In this document: one piece after another, positions 1-8,854 of the stretch
Position numbering within the stretch: the stretch's first letter is position 1
Layout of the letters: the number at the start of each line of letters is the position of its first letter
Source: Clostridia bacterium
Lineage (GTDB): Bacteria > Bacillota > Clostridia > TANB77 > UBA1234
Direction of reading: 5' to 3'
Assembly: GCA_017521465.1 (NCBI GenBank)
Contig: JAFXCN010000025.1
Coordinates: forward strand, 3,330 to 35,329
Length of the DNA stretch: 32,000 bases
Notes under the pieces: generated by a model
The model's input: the letters and a program-made list of their open reading frames with translations, nothing else
Databases searched by the model: none
What the model was told of the DNA's origin: nothing
Program-made: the position numbers and the translations under genes

Positions 1-3000
1 GAACACTTTCCATTATTTTAAATGATGGTTTAGGCGGTAACCCTTGTTTTATCAAGTATATCATTATATCGTCTCTGGTACATATTGCATCTTCAAGCTT
101 GATAGTACCTTCTTCGATAAGTGTTTGTGCATTATTAAGCCACACGTCTGTACCATGTGAAAGTCCCGAAATTCTAAGCAACTCTTCGAACTTTGTAGGT
201 TTTGTATCTACTAACATTCCCCTAACAAATTTTGTACCAAATTCAGGTACACCAAATGTTCCAACTTCTGAACGAATTTGTTCTTTTGTAACACCTAATG
301 CATCTGTAGAACTAAATATTGACATCGTTTCTTTATCATCTAGCGGAATCTTTTGCGGGTCTACTCCTGTTAAATCTTGTAACATTCTTATAATTGTAGG
401 ATCATCGTGGCCTAATATATCCAACTTCAATAGATTTTGATCTATTGAGTGGTAATCGAAATGGGTTGTTATGATATCTGAGTTTGGATCATCTGCTGGA
501 TGTTGCACTGGACAGAACTCATATATTTCATTACCGATTGGAACTACTATAATTCCTCCTGGATGCTGTCCTGTTGTCCTTTTAACTCCTGTACATCCAA
601 TTGCTTCTCTTACAATTTCTGCATTATTTATAGGTATATTTCTTTCTTCATAATATTTTTTAACATAACCAAATGCTGTCTTATCGGCTATTGTACCGAT
701 TGTTCCAGCTTTAAATGTTGTACCTTTTCCAAATATAACTTCCGTATATCTATGCGCTTTTGCTTGATATTCACCTGAGAAGTTTAAGTCGATATCGGGT
801 TCTTTATCTCCATCAAAACCTAAGAATGTTTCGAATGGAATATCCATACCATCCTTTTCAAGTTTTGCGCCACATTTCGGACATTCTTTATCAGGAAGGT
901 CGAATCCATTTTTTACTCCATAATCTGTAAAGTCTGAAAATTTGCAATTTGGGCATCTATAGTGTGGCTGAAGCGAATTAACCTCAGTTATTCCAGTCAT
1001 GTTGGCAACAAATGATGAACCAACTGAACCTCTGGAACCAACCAAATATCCATCTTCGTTTGACTTCTTAACTAGTTTTTGAGCAATGATGTACATAACG
1101 GAGAAGCCATTTTTTATAATTGAATCCAGCTCTTTATCTATTCTTGCTTGCACTATTTCTGGAAGTGGATCACCATATAATTCATTAGCTCTTTTTAGCG
1201 TTATATCTCTAATCATCTGCTCGCAGCCTTCAATATGTGGTGTTGCTTTATAATCTGCTATTGGATTTATTTTTTCACACATATCAGCTATTTTATTCGT
1301 ATTTGTAACAACTACTTCATATGCTTTTTCTTTGCCAAGATATGAAAATTCTTGTAACATTTCTTCTGTTGTTCTGAAATATAGCGGAGCTTGGTTATCT
1401 GCATCATCATATCCTTGGCCCGCTTGAAGAATTCTTCTATATAGTTCATCTTCTGGTTCCATAAAGTGAACATCGCAAGTTGCTACTACTAATTTGTTTA
1501 ATTTTTCTCCTAAAGCTACTATCTTTTGATTATATTCTTTTAATGTTTCAACACTTGGAACTGTGCCTTCTCTAACCATAAACATGTTATTTCCAAGTGG
1601 TTGAATTTCTAAATAATCATAAAAATTAGCAATTTCTTCTAATTCTTCATCTGATTTTCCATCAACTATTGCTCTGTATAATTCACCCTGCTCACAAGCA
1701 CTACCTATTATCAAACCTTCTGAATGCTTTTGGTATAAGCTCTTTAGCATTTTAGGTTTCTTATAGAAATAGTCTAAATGCGCGAATGAAACTAATTTAT
1801 ATAAATTTTTTAATCCCACTTTATTCGTTGCAATAACTACTGCGTGGTATGTTGGCAATGTTCTAAAATTAACATCTTCTGCTAATTTCGAGTCAATTTC
1901 AGACATGTTTTCAATGCCTTTTTCGTCCAACATTTTTAACATTACTTTAAAAACTTCAACTAATGTTTCAACATCTGCCAATGCTCTGTGCGCAACTTCT
2001 ACTTTTATTTTTAAATGTTCTGCAATTATTCCTAATTTATACTTTTTAAAATCTGGGAATAGCTCTTTTGCAAGTGCCAACGTGTCAATATAAGTATTGT
2101 TAAATTCAAGCCCTAATTGCTCTGCATTATATTTTATAAAGCCCATATCGAAAGTTGCATTATGCGCTACAATTACACTATCGCCACAAAATTCTATAAC
2201 TTTTGGCATAACTTTATCGATAGTTTCTGCATCTTTAACCATATCATCTGTTATATGAGTAACCTCAACAACTTTTTCTGGGATTGGTTTTTCTGGATTT
2301 ACGAAACATTCAAAAGTATCTATAACTTCACCATTTTTTATTTTCATTATTCCAAACTCTGTTATTTTTTCTGTAAGTTTAGAAAGTCCTGTTGTTTCTA
2401 TATCTAAAACACAATATGTTGCATCTTGAATATTTTGATTTTTAGAATCTACAACAGAAGTTAGTGAGTCTGGCACTAAATATGCTTCAACCCCATAAAG
2501 CACTTTTATATCTGAATCTTTTGCTGCTTTTTTAGCTTCCGGAAATGCCTGTACAACTCCGTGGTCTGTAATAGCAACAGCCTTATGCCCCCATTTTATT
2601 GCACGTTTTACCAAATCAGTTGCTGACGTTACAGCATCCATTTGACTCATTTGAGTATGCATATGAAGTTCGACTCTTTTTTCTTCTGCATTATCTTCTC
2701 TTTTTCTTTCAAAATATTCTGATTCTTCTATTACATCAGCAATAACGCCAAACTCTTTTGAGAAAGAGTTATATTCATAAGTTCCAACTATTCTAACAGC
2801 TTTTGTAGACTTCATCTTTGGATTAACTTCACCAAATTCATTAGCCTTTAAAAACGCCTTTATATTTATCGAACTTGTTCCGTCATATAAATCAAAAGAT
2901 ATTAAAAATCCTCCATTTTTGGTTTCTCTACTATCATAATTTGCAATTTTACCTTTTAAAATTACACTTGAACAATCAGGAGTTAAGTCTATAACTTTTA

Positions 3001-3505
3001 TATCTCTTGGGTTTGGAGTATCTCTCCAGCCTTTATATATAAGTTTTTCTTCATCAGCAACATTTGCATTGGTCTTTTTTCTTCTAAATTGTGGTTTTTC
3101 TTGAGTATTTTGTACCCCTTGAGGTGCGCTTGCTTGTAGGCTGTTAAAATTTTCTTCAGTTTTTTCTACAGTTGCTTCTTTTTTTGGCGCTTCTTTTGCT
3201 CTTTTTGCATTTTCTTCTAAAACTTGTCTTATAATCGTATCTTCTTTTTCTTGATTTTGTACAACCATTTCAGGTTCAATAAAATTAATTTTATATCGTT
3301 TGCCTGTAGTATTTGCAATATATTCTTCTATATTCTTATCTGTGTTTTTTTGAAGTAACACAAATTTACTTTTAGTTTTTAGATAAACGTCAACTTCACC
3401 ATTTGCATTGATTTTTGCTTCACTATTTGCAAGCAAAGCACGTGTTACAATATATTTTTTAGAAAAGAAATCGACAACTTCATTCCAATTTAAAACTTCT
3501 TCCAA
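1..3505 (-). CDS. polC: DNA polymerase III PolC-type alpha subunit, 5' part; the 3' end lies beyond the window start
   Basis: Absent from the ORF track because no stop lies in the window. My reverse-strand translation gives LEEVLNWNEVVDFFSKKYIV... from 3505. It includes VELHMHTQMSQMDAVTSATDLVKRAIKWGHKAVAITDHGVVQAF (PHP domain) and VLDIETT (exonuclease motif). TTG start at 3505 lies 6 nt after GGAGG (3512-3516). In-frame TAG upstream at 3524-3526. Confidence 0.9.
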   Translation of the reverse strand, partial: MEEVLNWNEVVDFFSKKYIVTRALLANSEAKINANGEVDVYLKTKSKFVLLQKNTDKNIEEYIANTTGKRYKINFIEPEMVVQNQEKEDTIIRQVLEENAKRAKEAPKKEATVEKTEENFNSLQASAPQGVQNTQEKPQFRRKKTNANVADEEKLIYKGWRDTPNPRDIKVIDLTPDCSSVILKGKIANYDSRETKNGGFLISFDLYDGTSSINIKAFLKANEFGEVNPKMKSTKAVRIVGTYEYNSFSKEFGVIADVIEESEYFERKREDNAEEKRVELHMHTQMSQMDAVTSATDLVKRAIKWGHKAVAITDHGVVQAFPEAKKAAKDSDIKVLYGVEAYLVPDSLTSVVDSKNQNIQDATYCVLDIETTGLSKLTEKITEFGIMKIKNGEVIDTFECFVNPEKPIPEKVVEVTHITDDMVKDAETIDKVMPKVIEFCGDSVIVAHNATFDMGFIKYNAEQLGLEFNNTYIDTLALAKELFPDFKKYKLGIIAEHLKIKVEVAHRALADVETLVEVFKVMLKMLDEKGIENMSEIDSKLAEDVNFRTLPTYHAVVIATNKVGLKNLYKLVSFAHLDYFYKKPKMLKSLYQKHSEGLIIGSACEQGELYRAIVDGKSDEELEEIANFYDYLEIQPLGNNMFMVREGTVPSVETLKEYNQKIVALGEKLNKLVVATCDVHFMEPEDELYRRILQAGQGYDDADNQAPLYFRTTEEMLQEFSYLGKEKAYEVVVTNTNKIADMCEKINPIADYKATPHIEGCEQMIRDITLKRANELYGDPLPEIVQARIDKELDSIIKNGFSVMYIIAQKLVKKSNEDGYLVGSRGSVGSSFVANMTGITEVNSLQPHYRCPNCKFSDFTDYGVKNGFDLPDKECPKCGAKLEKDGMDIPFETFLGFDGDKEPDIDLNFSGEYQAKAHRYTEVIFGKGTTFKAGTIGTIADKTAFGYVKKYYEERNIPINNAEIVREAIGCTGVKRTTGQHPGGIIVVPIGNEIYEFCPVQHPADDPNSDIITTHFDYHSIDQNLLKLDILGHDDPTIIRMLQDLTGVDPQKIPLDDKETMSIFSSTDALGVTKEQIRSEVGTFGVPEFGTKFVRGMLVDTKPTKFEELLRISGLSHGTDVWLNNAQTLIEEGTIKLEDAICTRDDIMIYLIKQGLPPKPSFKIMESV

Positions 3506-3844
3506 TTTCTGCCTCCATAAAATCTAAAAAAATTCACTATTAGATATTATCATACATGCAAAAAAAAAGAAACATTTTTATAAATTATAATTTGATTATC
3601 ATAGCAAATGATGGTAAAACCAATTTTTTTATTCGAACACTTTTCGGAACGAAGTGTACAATTTCTTCAAAAATATTGCGTGCGCAGTTTTAAACGCTTG
3701 CGTATCACGGAGCGAGCTTTTATTTTTGTTAGAAATTGTAGCAAGTGCAGATTTAGTAAGAATAAACAATTTTGGTTTGAGTTGTATTTTTATTAATTTT
3801 AAAATGTTTCTCTATTATACGCTGCAAACGGTCGCATGTAAAAA

Positions 3845-3896
3845 GGAAGTGCGACGAAATAGATATAAAAATCTATTTCGTTTCACCTCCTGTTTT
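3845..3896 (-). terminator. Intrinsic-terminator-like hairpin after hemW; core of copy A of an ~80-nt repeated element (3816-3896)
   Basis: 20-position stem with mismatches (3845-3864 / 3871-3890) and loop ATAAAA. On the minus strand it is followed by TTTTT, on the plus strand by TGTTTT. It starts 9 nt from the hemW stop. Confidence 0.6.
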
Positions 3897-3904
3897 ACAT
3901 GCAT

Positions 3905-4969
3905 CTATACGAACTCTTCCCAAACAATATTCGCCAAATCTAGTCCTTTTTTCGTTAATCTAATGTTTTTATCATTGCATTCTAGTAGTTCTAACTTTTC
4001 CATTTTCTCTATCTGTTCTTTGTATTTTTCACATACATTTATATTAAATTTTTCGTTCATTTCTTTTATGTCTATACCGTCTATTAGTCTTAACTTTAAT
4101 ATTATGTATTCTCTTTCTTTGTCATCGTTGGCTTGCACTTCTTCTATTGTTCTGTCTTCGTAGTTCGCTATATATTTATTAATATTTGCTACATTTGTAT
4201 AGCGCTTATTATCTATATATGAACTTGCGCCTGCACCAGCCCCTACATATTCGCCCTGATTCCAATATACTAAATTATGTTTTGATTCATAGCCTGGTTT
4301 TGCAAAGTTTGATATCTCATAATGCTCGTATCCCGCTTCTTTTAACTTTTCTATTATCAAATAATACATTTCACGTTCTTCTTCATCTTCTGGCAAATTA
4401 TTAAATATATTTTCATGTAAAATTAAAGAATAACAAGACACATGTTCTGGATTTATTTTTATTATAAAATCCAAACTTTCATCAACATCTTTTAAAGTTT
4501 GATTTGGAAGTCCAAACATTAAATCAACACTTATATTTTTAAATCCAACTTCGCGAGCCATATTATATGTTTTTTCAAAATCTCCTAATGTGTGAATTCT
4601 TCCAATTTCCTTTAATATACTGTCTTGAGTTGCTTGTAGGCCTATGCTTAATCTGTTTATACCATTATCTATATAACTTTTTAATTTTTCTTTCGTAACT
4701 GTCCCCGGATTTACTTCTATTGTTATCTCTTCGGCTTTTTTGTAATCTATGCATTTTAATATTTCGACTATACTTTTCTCATCAATATATGATGGCGTTC
4801 CACCGCCAAAATATATTGTTTTATATGCATTAAAAGAATAGCTTTGAATTTCTTTCTTCAAAGCTATAACATAATCATTTATTAATTTATCCGCATTGCT
4901 GTATGAATTAAAATCGCAATATAAACACTTTTGCTTACAAAACGGTATATGTATATATAATGATTTCAT
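3905..4969 (-). CDS. hemW: Radical SAM family heme chaperone HemW / HemN-like oxygen-independent coproporphyrinogen oxidase family
   Basis: N-terminal HIPFCKQKCLYCDF (CxxxCxxC radical-SAM cluster motif). 354 aa, and the overall HemN-like layout. Confidence 0.85.
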   Translation of the reverse strand: MKSLYIHIPFCKQKCLYCDFNSYSNADKLINDYVIALKKEIQSYSFNAYKTIYFGGGTPSYIDEKSIVEILKCIDYKKAEEITIEVNPGTVTKEKLKSYIDNGINRLSIGLQATQDSILKEIGRIHTLGDFEKTYNMAREVGFKNISVDLMFGLPNQTLKDVDESLDFIIKINPEHVSCYSLILHENIFNNLPEDEEEREMYYLIIEKLKEAGYEHYEISNFAKPGYESKHNLVYWNQGEYVGAGAGASSYIDNKRYTNVANINKYIANYEDRTIEEVQANDDKEREYIILKLRLIDGIDIKEMNEKFNINVCEKYKEQIEKMEKLELLECNDKNIRLTKKGLDLANIVWEEFV

Positions 4970-5904
4970 TACTTATTCCTCAATTCATTTGCTATTTCTC
5001 TTATCTTTTTAAAACGATGACTAACTCCTGCTCTACTAAGCTTAGGTTCTAACATATTTCCTAGCTCTTCCAATGTAGCTTCTTTATATGAAAGTCTAAG
5101 TTTTGCTAGTTGTTTTAAGCCTTCTGGTAATTTTGAGAATTTTCTATTACCTTTTATTATTTCTATATCAGCTATTTGTTCAAGACCAGCATCAATTGTT
5201 TTATCGAAATTTGCATTTTCAAAATTATTAATTCTATTTACTCTATTTCGCATATCTTTTATTACTCGTGTTTCTTCAAATGTCAATTTACTTTTGTTAG
5301 ATCCTATTATCGTTAAGAATTCAGATATATCTTCTGCTCCTTTTAAATATATAACATAATCTTTTTTTCTCTTTATAACTTTTGAACTAAGTCCTGCTTC
5401 TGTTATAAGTTCATTAATAAAATTAGCATTTTCAACACTGTTTGCAACTATTTCTAAGTGATATCTGTTATTTGGATTTGTTATCGATCCCGCGCCTACA
5501 AAGACTCCACGCAAAAACGAACGTATGCAACATTCTTTTGATTTTATCTCGTCTTTTTTATCAATAACAATTTGCAATCTAACATCTATGTTTATATAAC
5601 TATTTTTAAATATTTCTTCCAAAGCATCTTTATCAACAATCCTAAGTTGAAATAAACTGTCTTTAAACGTTTTTTCTTTTTCTATATTACTAATTGGCGT
5701 TACGTTATAAATTTTTTTGAAATAAGTATAAACCCTTCGAATTGCTGTTGAATTTTCTGTAGACATTCTAAGAGTAAATTCATTATTTTCTTTTACAATA
5801 TTGCAATTTGTTATCAAAAATCCTGTAAGTTCAGCCATCATACAGAATTCATCATTATTTATAACTCGACACAGTTCTTCTTTTAAATCAGAAGAAAATG
5901 ACAT
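4969..5904 (-). CDS. whiA: DNA-binding sporulation/cell-division regulator WhiA
   Basis: MSFSSDLKEEL... N-terminus typical of WhiA. 311 aa. C-terminal HTH-like segment SRAGVSHRFKKIREIA. 1-nt overlap (TAATG) with hemW. Confidence 0.85.
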   Translation of the reverse strand: MSFSSDLKEELCRVINNDEFCMMAELTGFLITNCNIVKENNEFTLRMSTENSTAIRRVYTYFKKIYNVTPISNIEKEKTFKDSLFQLRIVDKDALEEIFKNSYINIDVRLQIVIDKKDEIKSKECCIRSFLRGVFVGAGSITNPNNRYHLEIVANSVENANFINELITEAGLSSKVIKRKKDYVIYLKGAEDISEFLTIIGSNKSKLTFEETRVIKDMRNRVNRINNFENANFDKTIDAGLEQIADIEIIKGNRKFSKLPEGLKQLAKLRLSYKEATLEELGNMLEPKLSRAGVSHRFKKIREIANELRNK

Positions 5905-5922
5905 ATATATCTCTCCTTATCT

Positions 5923-6735
5923 TTATTTTTCACCTATTACAACTCTATCATTGTCATTTAAATCTTTTACAACTCTTATATTTTTATATCCGTTATTCGA
6001 CATTAATTTTTGCACATTTTCTGCTTGGTCGTATCCGATTTCTAAAATAAGAACCCCATTTTCATTTAGATGTTCTTTTGCTTCTGGAATTATTCTTTCA
6101 TAAAAATCCAATCCAGATATACCACCATCTAATGCAAGAATAGGCTCTTTTTGAACTTCAGCCTGTAAATTTCCAATTACTTCTCTTTCAATATATGGAG
6201 GATTTGAAAGTATCATTTCATATTTTTCATTTACATTAGAAAACAGATCTGACTGAACAAAACTCACATCAACATTATTCTTCTTTGCATTTTGTCTAGC
6301 TACATGCAAAGCTTCTTCGCTTATATCTACCGCTGTCACATCAGCTTTATTTTCTAAATAATATGCAAGCGAAATCGCTATACATCCACTTCCTGTACAC
6401 ATATCCAATATTTTATTTTTTCTATATTTTAATGCCTCTTCAACTAAAATCTCCGTATCTCCTCGTGGGATAAGAACATTTTCATTCACAATGAAATCTA
6501 ATTTCATAAATTCTTTATGACCTACAATATATGCAAATGGGATATCGTTAACTCTTTTTTCAAGCATCACTAAATACTTTGCAACTTCCTCATCACTACA
6601 TGAACTAATCTTTATTAAATCTCCATATAAAACATTAAGTGCTTCTGCAAGAAGTAATCTAGCTTCTCTTGTATCTATATTACTTTTAGATAATATCTCT
6701 CTACCCATTTGCAAAACATCATTTATTTTTTGCAT
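5923..6735 (-). CDS. prmC: Release-factor glutamine N5-methyltransferase PrmC/HemK
   Basis: NPPY motif (LSNPPYIERE) and SAM-binding DMCTGSGCIAISLA. I prefer the ATG at 6735 (MQKINDVLQ) over the track start at 6768, which overlaps the upstream gene by 32 nt. Confidence 0.85.
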   Translation of the reverse strand: MQKINDVLQMGREILSKSNIDTREARLLLAEALNVLYGDLIKISSCSDEEVAKYLVMLEKRVNDIPFAYIVGHKEFMKLDFIVNENVLIPRGDTEILVEEALKYRKNKILDMCTGSGCIAISLAYYLENKADVTAVDISEEALHVARQNAKKNNVDVSFVQSDLFSNVNEKYEMILSNPPYIEREVIGNLQAEVQKEPILALDGGISGLDFYERIIPEAKEHLNENGVLILEIGYDQAENVQKLMSNNGYKNIRVVKDLNDNDRVVIGEK

Positions 6736-6736
6736 A

Positions 6737-7726
6737 TTATTTACCCCATTCATCCATTTTTGAATCACTCGGAATTACAGCCTTTAATGATGCTATTGCA
6801 ACTTCAATCTGTTTTTCATCAGGTTCTCTAGTAGTAAGTCTTTGAAGCCAAAGACCAGGTTTACTTAGCCAAGAAACCCACTTGTTGTCTACATTTTTGC
6901 CTGCAAATCTAATAATTTCATATGATAATCCTGCAATTACTGGCATTAATGCGATTCTGATTAAAACATTCAAAAGTCTACTTTCAAATCTTCCCATAAC
7001 AGAGAAAACTAAGATACTAACTACCATTACAAATAAAAGAAAACTTGTTCCACATCTTGGATGAAATCTAGTATACTTTTTAACATTTTCTACCGTTAAT
7101 TCTTCACCATTTTCATAGCAAAATATGCTTTTATGTTCAGCTCCATGGTATTGGAACACTCTTTGAATGTCTTTCATCTGAGATACTAAAGCTAAATATC
7201 CCACAAATATTGCTATTTTAACAATACTTTCTATTCCGTTATAAAGTACAACACTTGATTCTTTATCAACAACTAGGCCTGCTATAAAGTTTGGAAGTGC
7301 AATAAATAGAAGAATTGTAATTATTACTGATAAACAAACACTGCCATACATCATAGCAGGTGTTAGCTCACCATCATCTTTCTTCTCTTTTTTATCTTTT
7401 TTCTTTTTATTTTCTTTTTTATCTTCCTTTTCTTTATTCTCTATTCTTTCTTCTTTATTTTCTTCTATCGGTTTTCCTTCGTCATCATAAAATTTAGCCG
7501 AAAACATAAGCGCATCAACACCTGTAACCATCGAATCAACGAAAGCAAATACTCCTCTAATTATCGGAATCTTAAAAAACACATTTTTCTTTTTCAAATC
7601 TTTTTTCTCTATAATAATCTCACCATCTGGCTTTCTAACGGCCATAGCAATCTTTTCAGGACCTTTCATCATTACTCCCTCAATAATCGCCTGACCACCA
7701 ATTGATGTCATTTTCTTCTCGCTCAT
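6737..7726 (-). CDS. DUF1385 (YqhQ-like) membrane protein
   Basis: IGGQAIIEGVMMKGP and HGAEHK motifs, several TM segments, and the conserved position between rpmE and prmC. Carries a Lys/Glu-rich low-complexity insert. Confidence 0.75.
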   Translation of the reverse strand: MSEKKMTSIGGQAIIEGVMMKGPEKIAMAVRKPDGEIIIEKKDLKKKNVFFKIPIIRGVFAFVDSMVTGVDALMFSAKFYDDEGKPIEENKEERIENKEKEDKKENKKKKDKKEKKDDGELTPAMMYGSVCLSVIITILLFIALPNFIAGLVVDKESSVVLYNGIESIVKIAIFVGYLALVSQMKDIQRVFQYHGAEHKSIFCYENGEELTVENVKKYTRFHPRCGTSFLLFVMVVSILVFSVMGRFESRLLNVLIRIALMPVIAGLSYEIIRFAGKNVDNKWVSWLSKPGLWLQRLTTREPDEKQIEVAIASLKAVIPSDSKMDEWGK

Positions 7727-7770
7727 CTATATCACCTCTCACAGAGAATTATATCATATTCATACATTGC

Positions 7771-7800
7771 AAAAAAGCAGGTTTTGCAACCTGCTTTTTC
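7771..7800 (-). terminator. Rho-independent terminator after rpmE
   Basis: GCAGGTT/AACCTGC stem (7777-7794) flanked by an A-run and a T-run. On the minus strand it is followed by TTTTTT. Confidence 0.7.
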
Positions 7801-7811
7801 TTTTTAAAAAA

Positions 7812-8015
7812 TTAGTCTTTAATACCATATTTTTTCTTGAATTGGTCAACTCTGCTACCTTTAGCTTGGAATTTTTGATTTCCTGTGTAGAAAGGATGGC
7901 ATTTTGAACAAGTTTCAACTGCCATGCTCTCTTTTGTTGAACCAACTTCTATTACGTTACCGCAACCACATTTAATTGTAGCTTTTTTGTATTCTGGATG
8001 TATTCCTGCTTTCAT
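7812..8015 (-). CDS. rpmE: 50S ribosomal protein L31 (Zn-ribbon type)
   Basis: [24 protein letters not shown]...[21 protein letters not shown] precedes the ATG at 8015. The 136-aa track ORF is an upstream artefactual extension. Confidence 0.92.
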   Translation of the reverse strand: MKAGIHPEYKKATIKCGCGNVIEVGSTKESMAVETCSKCHPFYTGNQKFQAKGSRVDQFKKKYGIKD

Positions 8016-8081
8016 CACTTTCACCTCTCTCTTAGCTCTGTATCTATATAATATATTTATATCTTTAATCAAGCAGATTAT

Positions 8082-8110
8082 ATGATAACACATATTTTTG
8101 CGTTTTGCAA
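8082..8110 (-). promoter_or_regulatory. Putative sigma-A promoter of rpmE
   Basis: Minus strand TTGCAA (8110-8105), 17-nt spacer, TGtTATCAT extended -10 (8087-8082). Confidence 0.45.
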
Positions 8111-8124
8111 GTGGAAAATGGAAA

Positions 8125-8244
8125 TTTGTGGTGCGAAAAAGCAGATATACATGTCTCCCTTGCAGCACCTGTTTCGCAGACATATATATCTCCTTTGCAG
8201 CACCTGTTTCGCAGACATACATATCTCTTTTGCAGGTGCTGCAA
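8125..8244. repeat. 35-nt tandem direct repeat array: one degenerate copy, two near-identical copies, then a terminal inverted partial copy
   Basis: 8160-8194 and 8195-8229 differ at 2 positions (TTGCAGCACCTGTTTCGCAGACATAyATATCTCyT). 8125-8159 is a degenerate copy. CAGGTGCTGCAA within 8230-8244 is the exact reverse complement of the repeat head TTGCAGCACCTG. Confidence 0.85.
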
Positions 8245-8257
8245 AATCGATATTCTG

Positions 8258-8292
8258 TGCAAATGCAAACACCCCGCTAGTGTAGCGGGGTG
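8258..8292 (-). terminator. Terminator-like hairpin after the islet ORF
   Basis: CACCCCGCTA/TAGCGGGGTG stem (8270-8292), 16 nt after the stop at 8308. On the minus strand it is followed by the T-rich TTTGCATTTGC. Confidence 0.55.
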
Positions 8293-8307
8293 GCTGGGTA
8301 CTTACAG

Positions 8308-8820
8308 TTACAGGTTTGCAAAAAAGCCTTTCGGCCGGCATATCATACCCTTGAGGTTCTGCAATACCTTTTTTTCATTTTTAATACTTTCAATTTTCGC
8401 GGTAATACCGTAAATCTCCTGGCGAGCCTCATTAATGCTTTTTTGCTTTGCCTCTTGCTGCTCATACCATTCGTCCGGAATTGCATAGTCCGAATCATCT
8501 TCAAGCGCCGCTTCAGTGATTGCCTTAACTCGTTTCGCTGCATCCTCCTTCGCTTTTTCATACCGCTTGATGGATTCATCCATTTGCCTGGTGTCTTCCT
8601 TAAGGAAACTCATGAGTGTGTGAACATTGATATTCATATTGAAGTAAGGAAGTCTCAAAACCGACTCCAGAAGTTGCAAGAATTTTTTTGCCTTTTGTTG
8701 GTCTTTCACCTCCCCTTCCTCGATTTTTCTCTTCAAGTTTGCCTTCTGTTGCTTTAGATGCATTTCGAAGAAATACACATTTTGAAATCCAGGAAACCGT
8801 TCTTCCACTGGCTTTGCCAC
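8308..8820 (-). CDS. Hypothetical charged, probably coiled-coil protein (~170 aa) on a GC-enriched islet
   Basis: Open frame 8308-8856. I prefer the GTG at 8820, 9 nt after AAGGAGG (8836-8830), because the ATG at 8856 overlaps the predicted -10 box. No family recognised. Confidence 0.6.
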   Translation of the reverse strand: MAKPVEERFPGFQNVYFFEMHLKQQKANLKRKIEEGEVKDQQKAKKFLQLLESVLRLPYFNMNINVHTLMSFLKEDTRQMDESIKRYEKAKEDAAKRVKAITEAALEDDSDYAIPDEWYEQQEAKQKSINEARQEIYGITAKIESIKNEKKVLQNLKGMICRPKGFFANL

Positions 8821-8854
8821 GATGGATACCCTCCTTATGTCTTGATTCACTATC

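Noticed and set aside
7812-8222. 136-aa ORF from the track as the rpmE product
   Set aside because: Canonical L31 starts at [11 protein letters not shown] (ATG at 8015) behind a good SD. The upstream 69 codons run through the promoter and the tandem repeats.
8125-8244. CRISPR array
   Set aside because: The repeats are directly contiguous with no spacers. There are only two good copies and no cas genes in the window.
8065-8341. Cluster of overlapping 60-100-aa ORFs on both strands, and a recurring mini-[11 protein letters not shown] with an SD-like sequence
   Set aside because: These ORFs are generated by the tandem repeat itself. The 35-nt period is not a multiple of 3, so the frames shift between copies, and the products are low-complexity nonsense.
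8290-8757. 155-aa plus-strand ORF on the islet
   Set aside because: It is the mirror frame of the charged minus-strand ORF (Glu/Lys codons read as Phe/Leu). It has no SD, and its start overlaps the terminator hairpin.
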